Source of the DNA: the human T2T-CHM13v2.0 reference genome, Homo sapiens
Length of the DNA stretch: 64,000 bases
NCBI RefSeq assembly: GCF_009914755.1
Contig: NC_060927.1
Strand: one strand, 5' to 3'
A program made the position numbers and the translations under genes. The stretch's first letter is position 1; every line of letters starts with the position of its first letter. Below the pieces are notes generated by a model. It saw only the letters and a program-made list of their open reading frames with translations, searched no databases and was not told where the DNA came from. This document shows positions 13,471 through 26,357 of this stretch, in pieces.

Positions 13471-15185
13471 TTTAATATTGTTAAAATGTCCATACTATCC
13501 AAAGCAATCTACAAATTCAGTGCAATTCTTATCAAAATTTCAATGGTATTTTTCACAGAAATTAAAAAATAATTCTAAGATTTGTATGAAACCAAAAAGA
13601 CCCCTAAGAGTCAAAGCAATCTTGAGGAAGAAGAACAAAGCTAGAGACCTCATATTCCTTGATTTCAAACTATGCCATAAAGCTACAATAATCAAAACAG
13701 TGTGGTACTGGCATTAAAAACCAATGCATAGGCGAATGGAATAGAATATAGAGACCAAATCTAAATCCCTGCATATATAGTCAACTAATCTTTGAGAAGA
13801 GCACCAATAATAGACACTCTAGAGGTATGAAAGACTCCTCAATAAATGATGTTGGGAAAAACTGGGTATCCATATTCAAAAGAATGAAATTGGACCTTTG
13901 TCTTAAACCATATGCAAAAATTAACTCAAAGTGGATTAAAGACTTAAGTGTAAGACCTGAAATCATAAAAATCCTAGAAGAAAATATTTCCTAGGGGAAA
14001 TGGTCGACACAAAGTATAAGAAGTAAACATAAAGAAAAAGCCCCTTGATATTAGTCTTGGAAATGATTTTTTGGATATGATACCAAAAGAACAGGCAACA
14101 AAAACAAAAGTAAATAAATGGGACTACATCAAACTAAAAAGCTTCTGCACAGCAAAGGAGACAATCAACAAAATGGAAAGGCAACGTATGAAATGGGAGG
14201 AAACATTTGCAAACCATATTATCTGATAAGCTATTAATATCCAAAATATGTAGGGAATTTACACAACTCAGTAGCAGAAAACAATAACCTAATTAAAAAA
14301 TGAGCAAGGGACCTGAATAGACCTTTCTCAAAAGAAGACATATACCAGGCCAACAGGTATATGAAAAGGTGCTCAACGTCGCTAATCGTTAGGTAAAGGC
14401 AAATCAAAACCACACTGAGATATCACCTCACACCTGTTAGGAGGGCTATTCTCAAAAAGACAGAGATAACAGGTGTTGGTGAGGGTGTGGAAAAAAGGGA
14501 ACCCTGTACACTGTTGGTGGACATGTAAAATTGGTACAGTCATTATGGAAAACTGTATGGAGTTTAATGAAAAAATTAAAAATAGAACTACCATATGATC
14601 CAGCAATCACACTTCTGAGTGAATACCCAAAGGAAATGAAATCAATATTTCAAATAGGTATCTGTTCCGCCATGTTTATTGCAGCATTATGCACAATAGC
14701 CAAGATATAGAAAAAACATGTGTCCATTGATGGATAAATACATAAAGGAAATGTGTCACACACATACACACACACACATTCTGAAATATCATTGACCATA
14801 AAAAGGAAATCCTGCCATTTGTGACAATGTTGATGAACCTGGGGGACATTATGCTAAGGGCAATAAACCAGACACATAAAGGCAAGTACTGTATGACCTC
14901 ACTTATACATGGAATCTAAAAAAGTCAAGGTCATAGAATCAAGAGTAGTACAGTAGTTAACAGTGGATGGAGATTGGGGAAAATGGAGAAATACTGGTCA
15001 AAAATTACAGACTTGAAGTTATAAGATGAACAAGTTCAGGGAATCCAGTGTGCAGGATGGGTGATGATGGATGTGTCCATTAATTCGATTGTGGTAATCA
15101 TTACATAATACATACCTGTCAAATCATCACATTGTACACCTTGAATATGTAAATATTTGTCAATTAAATTTATTTCAAAACCTTG
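13471..15185 (+). mobile_element. L1MA/MB-type ORF2 3' half and 3' UTR
   Basis: aatattgttaaaatgtccatactatccaaagcaatctaca...; peptide [12 protein letters not shown]; 3' UTR catcacattgtacaccttgaat. Confidence 0.85.
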
Positions 15186-15469
15186 AGAAAAACAGAAACA
15201 CAAGTTATTCTCAAACAAACAAATTCCATTTGCTGGAATTTTAGTAAGTTCTGGGAGTGGCAGTAATGTCTGTTCAATCTACCATATTCAATTATAATGT
15301 CTGTCTTGATTTTTATTTACCAAATTAGGGCATTAAAACACTTATGGCAAAGGATATTAGAAAACATGAGTGCTGAGAGATAGGTATAAAACAATGGTCA
15401 AAGTCTTCAATTTAGCCTTTCTTAGGCCATGGCAGATCATATAGATGAAAAATACAACTATAAATGTAT

Positions 15470-15925
15470 TATGGTAGCCAGTCTTCAAGATGGCTTCTGG
15501 TATCCATGCTCTTGTGTAATCCTTTTTCACATTTTATCAGGGTTGTTCTGCATGATCAATAGCATGTGGAAAGGTGACTGTGTAACTTCTGAGGCAAGAT
15601 ATTGCTGTTCCACCTTGTTCTCTTGGGTCATTCACTCTGGGGCATACCAGCCACCATGTCCTAAGGAGAGTCAGTTGATCCCTTGGAGAGGCCCCTGCGG
15701 AGAGGGCCTGAGGACTATTACTAACTTATTAGTCATGTGAGTGAGCAACCATGGAAGCAGGTCTACCAGCTTAAGCATAACCTTTAGATGATTGTAGTCT
15801 CATGAAAGATTTTGAGCCTAAACTTCCCAGTTAAGCCAACCCCACAATCCTGACCCATTGAAACCATAAAGGATGATAAAGCTTTAAGATTGTTTTAAGC
15901 TACTATCTTTTGGCATAATTTTTTA
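15470..15925 (+). mobile_element. MLT1 MaLR LTR
   Basis: tggtagccagtcttcaagatggc...atgtgagtgagc...tcctgaccca...tgttttaagctacta; resembles 3039-3555. Confidence 0.6.
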
Positions 15926-16254
15926 ATGCCAACACCTATGAAACCAGCCTCATCACCCCTGTTCAGAGACATCAGCAAACAGCTGCCAATTGTTCCCCTC
16001 TCAGAGTCCAGTCTCACATCTGAATTTAGACCTGTACCAATCAAGCACCTTATTCTCAGAGATCTGAGTTTCAGCTCTGTGAGGCTCCTCCTCCAAATTT
16101 AAATTTTAAGAACAATGCCAACCTCTTTTCTTTGCTTGCATAGCTCCTTTCTGAAAGTTGTTATATCCATGATACCTTAGATCCCTTAGTGTTTACTCTG
16201 TGCCTTTCAATTAACTAGTTAACAATTTTTAAATGAACTTCTCTGGAGGAGCTC

Positions 16255-17095
<841 letters not shown>

Positions 17096-17109
17096 ATACC
17101 TATGGAAAT

Positions 17110-17885
17110 TTAATTTAAAAATACCATTTACAATAATTTTTAAAGTGTGAACTACTCAGGGATAAATCTGATAAAAGATGTATATGAAACCTACAAAACT
17201 GCTAAGAGAAATTAAAGATTTAAATGCATGGATTGAAAGACTCAATATTTTTAAAAATGTTAATTTTCCTCAAATTTAATACAATTCCAATCAAAAACTC
17301 CAATAGGGTTTTTAAAATAGAAATTGACAAGCTGATTCTAAAATTCATATGGAAATGCAAAAGCTTTAGAATAGCCAAAATAACTTTGAAAAGGAACAAA
17401 TTTGTAATACCTACACTACCTTACTTTAAGACTTATAAAGCTACAGAAATCAAGACAATGTGATGTCACCATAAAGACAAACAAATCAACAAAACAAAGA
17501 GTCTGGGAATAGAACTACATAGATATGGTCAATTGATTATTAATACAAAGGCAATTTATTTAAGAAAGAATAGTCTTTTAAAAAATGTGTGGTGGAATAT
17601 TTAGATATCCATATGCAAAAGAGTGGACATTGATCCACATCTCGAAATAGATCACAGACCTAAGTGCAAAACCTAAAACTGTAAAACTTCTAAAAGAAAA
17701 CAGGAGAAAGTTTGAGTGATCTTGGGTTAGGCAAAGATTTCTTAGAATACCACAAACACAACCCATAAAAGAATTTGATAAATCAGACCTTATCAAAATT
17801 AAGAACTTCTGCTCTTACTGTTAGAGAATAAAAAATACAAGAAACAGTCTGGAGAAAATATTCACAAATCACTTAGGTGATAAAG
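17110..17885 (+). mobile_element. Old L1M ORF2 fragment
   Basis: Peptide FNTIPIK...EIDKLILKFIWKCK...YFKTYKATEIKT. Confidence 0.8.
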
Positions 17886-18515
17886 TAGTGGAAGAAGACT
17901 TCATGTGTTTTTCCTAGCTACAAGGAAATGTCTAATTTTTCACCATTTATTAAGGGGGTTGCTATTTGTTCTTTATAAGAACTCTATTATGTTTAACAAA
18001 TTTACTTATATTCTAATTTTATTTAGCAATTGTATCAAGAACAAATGATAAATTTTATCAAAATTATTATTTTTAAATCATGTGTTGATAAAGCACTTTT
18101 AAGTTGATCTCTCCCCATATGTACTCGTTATTTATCCTACTGGCTCTATCATTACAATAGGATTAGCAGGGTGTAGGGTTGGGGAGGAGAGTCTCATAAG
18201 TTATCTGTCTTTTTTACGTTTCATAAACAACCTAACTCTTTACCAAAATAAACTGTTTAAGTCTGCAAGTTTTCTGTTGATGGAGGGCAGAGGCCATGAG
18301 AATGAGTTCTTTTGTTTGCTGCAGATCTTGATGAAAATTGTTTTTGCTACCCCTCCCCAAAGGTAAAAGATCTTGGGCAATTGAAATTGCTCAATAATGT
18401 GTTTTCCATCACAGGAAGAAATGGGCAGAATTCTGCATCCCTTGATGAATGGAAGGACCCTTAGGAGTCATACCGAATAACATGCCTGGAACAGAAAGTG
18501 ATATTTGAACCAACT

Positions 18516-18593
18516 TTCCTTCCTTCCTTCCCTCCTTCCTTCCTTCCTTCCTTCCTTCCTTCCTTCCTTCCTTCCTTCCTTCCTTCCTTCCTT
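18516..18593. repeat. (CTTC)n microsatellite at the Alu tail position
   Basis: Nearly pure tetranucleotide run abutting an antisense Alu 3' end. Confidence 0.95.
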
Positions 18594-18850
18594 CTGGACT
18601 GGCTCTCCCTCTGTCACCCAGGCTGAAGTGCAGTGGTGCAATCTTGGTTCACTGCAACCTCCGTCTCCCAGGTTCAAGCGGTCCTCCCACTTCAGCCTCC
18701 TGAGTAGCTGGGACAACAGGCATGCACCACCATGCCCAACTAGTTTTTGTAGTTTTGGTAGAGACGAGGTTTCGCCATGTTGCCCAGTCTGGTCTCGAAC
18801 TTCTGAGCTCAAGTGGTCCCCCACCTCAGCCTCCCGAAGTGCTAGGATTT
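18594..18850 (-). mobile_element. Old Alu (J-like)
   Basis: ctgtcacccaggctgaagtgcagtggtgcaatc...gagctcaagtggtcc...aagtgctaggatt. Confidence 0.9.
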
Positions 18851-19100
18851 CAAATCTTCCATATCCTTCTCATCCATCAACAGAAAGTGGGACTGTGTTC
18901 ATTCCCATATCAGAAAGTACACATGTTGTGGGAAAAGGAAACTCAATCATTTTTGAGCAGGCATTTCATGAAAATGTTTTCTCTCCAAATATTTTCTCTA
19001 ACTGAAGAATCATCAAGTCACATCATCAGAGAGGGACACATACTACCTATAATCTCCCATCATTTCTGCAAATTAAGGACACCACATCATTGACAATTAC

Positions 19101-19165
19101 CTTGACGATGACAGATTTCATAAAACACAGCAATTCTCCATAAGGAGACTCTAGCAGTGCTTCAC
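19101..19165 (-). ncRNA. Candidate internal exon (65 nt) of a minus-strand transcript
   Basis: Minus strand reads ttttttccctcag|GTGAAG...GTCAAG|gtaatt in non-repeat DNA; no expression evidence. Confidence 0.4.
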
Positions 19166-19274
19166 CTGAGGGAAAAAAATTGTTTTCAGCCTTCACCTCA
19201 ACCCATGGTCAAGCAGACTTAAACCCCTTTTAGGACCATGTGTCTTTGTTCAAAAGACTAAAAGCATAGTACGG

Positions 19275-19680
19275 AGTATTTTTTCCTGTTACAGTACTGT
19301 GTAACAAGCAACCCCCCGCCCCGCCCCACAATCTCAGTAGTTTAAAACAATAAACAGTTCTTTATCATGACTTTTAAACTGTGGTCCAGCTGATTATGGG
19401 CTAGACTCAGCTGGGCTGAGATGGATTTCAGCTTCTGTTTGGGTTCAGGTCTGCTCTATGAATTTTCATCTGGCAACCTGAATTATGGTCTTCACCTGGC
19501 AAAGATGTGAAGAGCCAAGAGGGTTGGTGGAAACTCTATACTTCTTAAAACTTTAACCAGAAAAAAAGGTACTGTTGTGTTTGTTTATATTCCATCGGTC
19601 AATGTACATCATAAGGCCAAACCCATAATAAATGGAGGTGGAGAGCTATACTTATCTCACAGTAAATCATGACAAAGTTG
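19275..19680 (-). mobile_element. MLT1-type LTR
   Basis: ctgtgtaacaa...atctcagtagtttaaaacaataaac...actcagctggg, antisense MLT1 motifs. Confidence 0.55.
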
Positions 19681-20799
19681 TGGAAGAAGAAAAAAAATTA
19701 TGAATAAACATTGCACTCTACCACTCCAAAGTTCACACAAGAGATGATTTTTTTGACAAACAGAAGTAGTAAAAAAAAGAAAGAAAAAAAGAGAGACAAT
19801 CTACAATTCTGCATTAAAGAAAGGATGTTTATAAATAAGCAGAATGGGAAAACAATGTAAGTAAAGCGAAATATACAAAATTTTGCATAACATGCTAAAA
19901 AATTAGAAGACAAAATTAGCTGAAGTAGAAGATTCACATTTGTAAAATGTGTAAGAACTTTGAAAAATGTATGAACCACATCGTCAAAGACCTTGCATAC
20001 CTGGTTATACAAAGTACGAGTAAACATTAAATTGTATTAAATTACATAGGCAATAGAGATCCATGAAAGATTTTTCAAAAAGAGAATAGCATATGCAAAG
20101 CAATATTTAAGAAGGTTAACCTTGAATTGGACCACATGACATATCAGGCAGCAAAGATATTGGAGGTAGGGAATGTAGTTGAGAGCCAGTTGGGGATGAG
20201 AACTTAAAGCAGGTGTTTAGAGAATGGAAAGAAAATAATATTTCAAAGAAAATATCAGTAAGATCTTACACAAAATATGTCTTTTTTAGTGCAGATAACA
20301 AAAACCAGGTTTGAACTGAGGGATTTCGTTGTAAGGACTTGGGGATATCTTGTAGACTTCAAGGTGAGGGCTAAAGCTAGATTGCAGAAACAACTGGGAC
20401 CAAGTTTAGAACTCCATCAGATGTTTTCTCCATTTAAAATTTCTGCTCCTCTCTCTCTCTCTGTTGGCTAATTTCTACTTTTTCTCTCTCTTCAGTCAGG
20501 CTTTTTCAACTTATCCCACCCATATGGTAGAAAACCTGGTCACTGATGGCTCCCAAATTTAAGTCTAGGCTCCCAGAAAGGGAGTGATCTAAGTTGCCAT
20601 TCCTCAGGGATGAACCATCATTGGGACTATAGCTTGGGTCAGATTTCCACCTCTAAGCCAATGAATAGTGGCCAGGGGGCAGATCTTAGATAAATATGGC
20701 AGATTCTGTAGCAACAATGTGGGTAGAGACAGAAGGGCAAGTAAAAAGGGATGATAGATAGCCTAAGCAGGTTCTTCATGCTTGATGACTATCTTTATA

Positions 20800-21350
20800 G
20801 AGAGTAAAGAACAGCATAATAAAAAATGACTTTGAAGTTTGATTCTGGGAGAATATCTGTGGCACTGAGAAAAATACGGGCTTGCAGAGTTGCTGGGCTT
20901 CTGGAGAAAGATTGTAATCTTGCTTGTGGATATGTCAATATTGAGATGTCATGGAATGTCCAGACAGCACTGTTCATCAGACAGTGGGAGATGTGGGACT
21001 AACACTGAAACAGAGTCTTGTAGGCATGGTGTTTGTACATACATGCTCAGAGTTGCAAGATTAAACTGAAAATTGGTTCAGCATGCAGGGGAAGCAGAGC
21101 CAAAGGTCAGGTATTGAAATTTGATGTGGCCACAGGTAGGAGGCTGAAGGAGGACATGGAGTCGAGGAAGAAATGTCACAAAATATGAGAATAAAGCCTA
21201 GAGTGTATGGTCTCTCCAAAAACAAAGAAGAAAACATTGGGTGGTGAGGCCAAGAAAACCTAACACTGTGTAAAAATTCAGGAGAATGAAGGCTGAGATT
21301 TAGCAGTTTAAGTAACCTTAGCAGTTTAGGTAAAGCAACATCAAAGTGTT
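20800..21350 (-). mobile_element. Degraded L2 fragments
   Basis: Purine-rich antisense L2-like text (ttgagatgtc...ggagatgtgggact; gaatgaaggctgag). Confidence 0.4.
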
Positions 21351-21639
21351 GTTTCAGTTAGGATCTTCACAAGCAGCAAGTCATAGAAAACTCTAACCTA
21401 GCTGACTGTTTTAATAAGGATATTTATTGTCTCAGATAACAAGAAGTCCAAGGGAAGGGGAGCCACAGGCTACGAGCTGCATCTGCTCAATGACATCATC
21501 TAAGTCCCAGGTTTTTTCCATTAATCGTGAAGCTAATCACAAGATGCCTGCTGTAGCAACAAGCATCTCACTTGACTGTGATAATGCCAGGAGAAGAAAA
21601 TAGAGTGTACTTTTTTAAAAAAGAGAAAACAGAAAGTGA

Positions 21640-24600
21640 TGTCAAAAGGTGCCATAATAGAAAGTCCTAGTCCTTGTCCCCCAACAGAAACATAAATTTA
21701 TTAATAAGTAACAAAATACCTTCATGGAAGTCCAGAATCCAGTTAAGCAGTTGCAATACCCCAGATGAACACAAAATTGGAATCAGCTGCACCAAAACAA
21801 ATATGAAGAGCAATTTTATTTTACCTATGTCAGCCTTTCCCCCAAGGCAATGCAACTAAGCATTTAGAGAGATTGCAACTCCTCTCTGGAAAGAAGGAAA
21901 GAGGGGGGGCAAATGTCAATCTCTCTTGACTTTCAGTGCACTCTCTAAGGAGCTAGCTTCTGTTTCACCTCAATGGAGTGTTGAAAGTACTGGTATAACC
22001 TGTGTGCCTGGGGAAGCTACTAGACAGGCTCTTTCCTGCAGCCAGCATTGTTCTGGGGATCAAGGAGAAGGCGTAGAACTGAGGCCTCTCCTCTAGGACA
22101 GAGGGAGAAATCAGAAGTATGGCTCTAATGTCTCTGGTCCTGTAGTATGCTCCCTAAGAGGCTGGTTTCAGCCCCTAGAGCACTGAAGAAACTGGCATAG
22201 TCTAGATTCCCAAGGCACCTGTGGCTGGCATGACTCTGTAAGGCTAGAAAAGAGTGTATGACTGAAGGTTTATGCCAAGGGAAAAAGGGAAGAGTGGAAC
22301 ATGCTCCCAGTGTACCCAGCCTTTCAGTGCATTGCCCAAGGGGCTAGCTTCCATCTCACCACACACAAAGCATTGATGGAACTAACATAGTCAGATACCA
22401 GAAGGAGCGAGAGATTATGGGCTTCTGGAAAAAAAGGCTGGATGCCTAAGGCAACTAGGAACAAAGGCCTAGAATCTCTCTAGCCAAGCTAACTGGTGAA
22501 GGTCTTTCCTACTCAAAGCCGGTTTCTAAAAAGTGGGAGAGAGAGCCGTTTCTCCAAATACACAGACAGAAGTGCAAAGCTACAAGAAACATGAAGAATC
22601 AGAAAAACACCACACAATCAAAAGGATGAACTAAATTTCTATTAATTGAACCTAAAAAAGTGGTGATCTGTGAATTGCCTGACAAAGAGTTCAAAATAAT
22701 TGTCTTTAAAAAGTTCAGTGAGTTAGAAGAGAACACAGATATATAACTAAATGAAACAGGAGAACATTACACAAACAAAATGAGAATATTAACAAAGAGA
22801 TAAAAATAATAAAGAAGAACCAAACAGAAATTCTGGGACTGAAGAATATAATAACTGAACTAAAAAAAATCAGTAGAGAGGTTCAACAGTAGATTTAATT
22901 AAGCGGAAAAAAATCAATGAACTTGAGGGCAAGTAATTTGAGATTCTTCAGTCAGAGGAGCAAAAAGAAAAAAAAAAGAATAAAAAAGAGTGTAGAAATC
23001 ATAAGGGAGTTATGGGATACCATCACAGGAGCTAATATATGCATTTCAAGAGTTCCAGAAGGAGAAGAGAGAGAAAAAGGGACAGAAATCTTATTTAAAG
23101 AAATAATGCATGAAAACCACCCAAATTTGGGGCAGGAAAATGGACATCTAATTTCAATTCATAAATCCTAATGTGTCCCAAATAATATGAACCTAAAGAA
23201 TTCTACAAAGAGATAAAGATATGGAATCAATCTAAATGACCATCAATAGATGAATGGATAAAGAGAATGTGGTATATATACACATTGTTATTCAGCCATA
23301 TAAAAGAACACAATCATGTCATTTGCAGAAACATGAATGGAACTGCAGGTCATTATGTTAAGTGAAATAAGCCAGGCACAGAAAGACAGATGTCACATGT
23401 TCTTGCTCATATGTGGGAACTAAAAAACAACTGATCTCATAAAGATAGAGAACAGAATGACAGACATCAGAGGCTGGAAAGAGTGTGTGGATAGGAGGAG
23501 GGAATAAAAAAGAGGTTGTTTAGTGAGATAAATGTACAGTTAGATAGAAAAAATAAGCCCCAATATTTGAGAGCTGAGTAGGGCGATTATAGTTAGCAAC
23601 AAGTTTTTATATATTTCAAAGTAGCTAAAAGAGAGGACTTTACATGTTACCAACACATGGAAATGATAAATACTCAAGGTGATGGATACCCCAAATACCC
23701 TGACCTGATCATTGCAGTCTATGCATGTAACAAATACTCAAGTGTACCTCATAAGTATGTAAAATATTTTGTATCAATAATAAGTAAGTAAATAAAAAAG
23801 AAGTAAAATTATCTGCATATGACATTATCTCATATGTAGAAAATCTCAATGACTCCACAAAAACCTGTTAGAACTAATAAACAAATACAGTAAAGTTATA
23901 CAATCAATGTACAAAAATCATTTGCATTTTATACATTAACAACAAACTATCTGAAAAGGAAATTAAGAAAAAATTTCATTTATAAGAGCATCAAAATGAT
24001 ACAATACTTAAAAATAAACTTAACCAAAGAGGTAAAAGACTTGTACACTAAAATATGTAAATTGTTCATAAAAAAAGTTAAAGAAGACACAAATAAATGC
24101 AGAGATATTCCATGCTGATGGATTGAACAAGTTAATATTGTTAAAATGTCTATACTACTCAAAATAATCTACAGATTCAATATAATCCCTATCAAGATTC
24201 CAATGAATTTTTTTTACAGAAATAAAGAAAAGAATCCTTAAATTCATGTGAAATCACAAGACACTGAATAGCCAAAGCAAATTGAAAAAGAAGAACAAAG
24301 CTGGGGGCATTATACCTCCTGATTTCAAACTCTATTATAAAGCTATTGTAATCAAAACAGTATGGCATTGACATAAAAACAAACATATAAATCAACAGAA
24401 TAGAATAGATAGCCCAGAAGTAAACCCATATACATACAGTTAGCTGATCTTGGACAAGGGTGCCAAGAATACATAATGGGGAAAAGATAGTCTCTTCAAT
24501 AAATGGTGTTGGAAAAGCTGAATATCCACATGCAAAAGAATGAAATTGAACCTTTATCTTACACCATACACAAATATCAAAGATGTAAATGTAAAACCTG

Positions 24601-25797
24601 GAACTGTAAAACTACTAGAAGAAAACATAGATGTATACTTCATGACATTGGGCTTAGCAATTATTCTTGGATATGACACAGAGTACAGAAAACAAAAACA
24701 AAATTAGATAAGTGAGACTATATCAAACTAAAACACATCTGCACAGCAAAGAAAACAGTCAACAGATTGAAAAGGCAACCTACAGAATAGGAGAAAGTAT
24801 TTGCAAACCATATATTTCACAAGAGATTAATATCTTAAACAAAACCCAAAACAAGGAACTCCTATGATTCCACAGCAAAAATAAAACTTAAAAAACAAAC
24901 AACAAAAAAAAAACAATGAAAATCAAAACTAAAGTAAACAAAACTAATAATCTGATTGGGCAAGGGACCAAGAAATGAAGACATTTCTTCAGAAAAGAAA
25001 TACAAATGGCAACAAGTACACGAAATGATGCTCAGCCTCATTAATCATCCAGGGAAATGAAATTAAAACCACAGTGAGACGTCGCTGCATACCTGTTAGA
25101 ATAGCTGTTATCAAATAAACAAAAGATAAGTGTTGGTGAGGATGTGGTGAAATTGAAACTGTTGTACACAGTTGATGGGAATGTAAAATGGCACAGCCAC
25201 CATGGAAAACAGTATGGCAGTTTCTCAAAAAATTAAAAACAAAACACCATATGATCTGGCAATTCCACTTCTGGGTATACATCCAAAAGAGTGAACATTA
25301 GGATCTCAAAGATATATATGCACTCCTATGTTTGTTGAGGCATTATTCGCAATAGTCAAGATCTGGAAACATCCTAAATGTCTATCAATAATGAATGGAT
25401 AAAGAAAATGAGGTATATACATACAATGAAATATTATTCAGCTCTAAAAGAAAGGGAAATCCTGCAATATGTGACAACATAGATGAACCTAAAGGACATT
25501 ATGCTAAATGAAATACATCAATCACAGAGGGACAAATACTGTATAATTCTATTTTATGAAGTATCTAAAATAGTAAAACACATAGAAATGGAGAATAGAA
25601 TGGTGGTTGCCAGGGGCTTGTGAGGAGGAGAAAATGGGGTATAAAGTTTCAGTTATGCAAGATGAGTAAGTTCTGGAGATCTGCTGTACAACATTATGCC
25701 TATAGTTACTGATACTGTATTGTGCACTTAAAAATTTAAGAAGGTGGAGCTCATATCAAGTGTTCTTACCACAGGGTGTATAAATAAAAAGAAAAAA
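21640..25797 (+). mobile_element. Old L1 (L1MB-like): 5' UTR and ORF1 (to about 23213), then ORF2 RT region to 3' UTR (from about 23797)
   Basis: ORF1 peptide RELWDTITGANICISRVPEGEEREKG; ORF2 resumes at aagaagtaaaattatc; 3' UTR ends gtgttcttaccaca followed by an A-rich tail. Confidence 0.85.
23214..23796 (+). mobile_element. L1MA-type 3' end inserted in the older L1
   Basis: aagatatggaatcaatctaaatg...ggtgatggataccccaaataccctgac...gtatcaataa followed by an A-rich tail. Confidence 0.8.
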
Positions 25798-26302
25798 TGT
25801 TTGGATCTTCCTTTGTGTATAATTGGCTAGAAGAATTTCACATGCCCACTGGCAAGAATAGGACTAACATAAACTACTTGGTTTAAACTGAGTTGGCAAT
25901 ATGGTCAATTTCCCTAAGTACAATGCCACACAGAGCGTAGATACTTGAACAAAACTCAAACACTGCTAGTGAAGAAGAATGGCATACTGAATTGTGAGTA
26001 GGAAGCCAATATTGTTTGCTACTATTTCTTATTAGGAAATTGACAAAGAGGGTGTGGAGTTTAAGAGATTGATTGGTACAGAAAAGTTTGAAATAGATGT
26101 GGTAAATTCAGTAAAATCAGAATAGAACAAATAAGAAGCTTGTGAAATGGCAATGAAGGCCTACTGACGTTAGATAGCATTGCTCAGAAGACCTAATCAG
26201 CAAATTCTTGAGATATTGAATAATATTCAAGACATTTGGTTATAGGAATCATGGTCATTGACATTTCTAATACTAGTAAGGAGAAAATCAGATGCAAGAG
26301 AG

Positions 26303-26357
26303 CTTTTCTTTTCTTTCTTTCTTTCCTTTTTTTTTTTTTTTTTGAGATGGAGTCTCC
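26303..26357 (-). mobile_element. Alu 3' stub (about 14 nt of body plus tail)
   Basis: (ttttc)n and poly-T, then gagatggagtctc, then unrelated sequence. Confidence 0.55.

Noticed and set aside
18468-19005. ORFs with (LPSF)n and (EGRK)n repeats
   Set aside because: Translation of a (CTTC)n microsatellite plus Alu.
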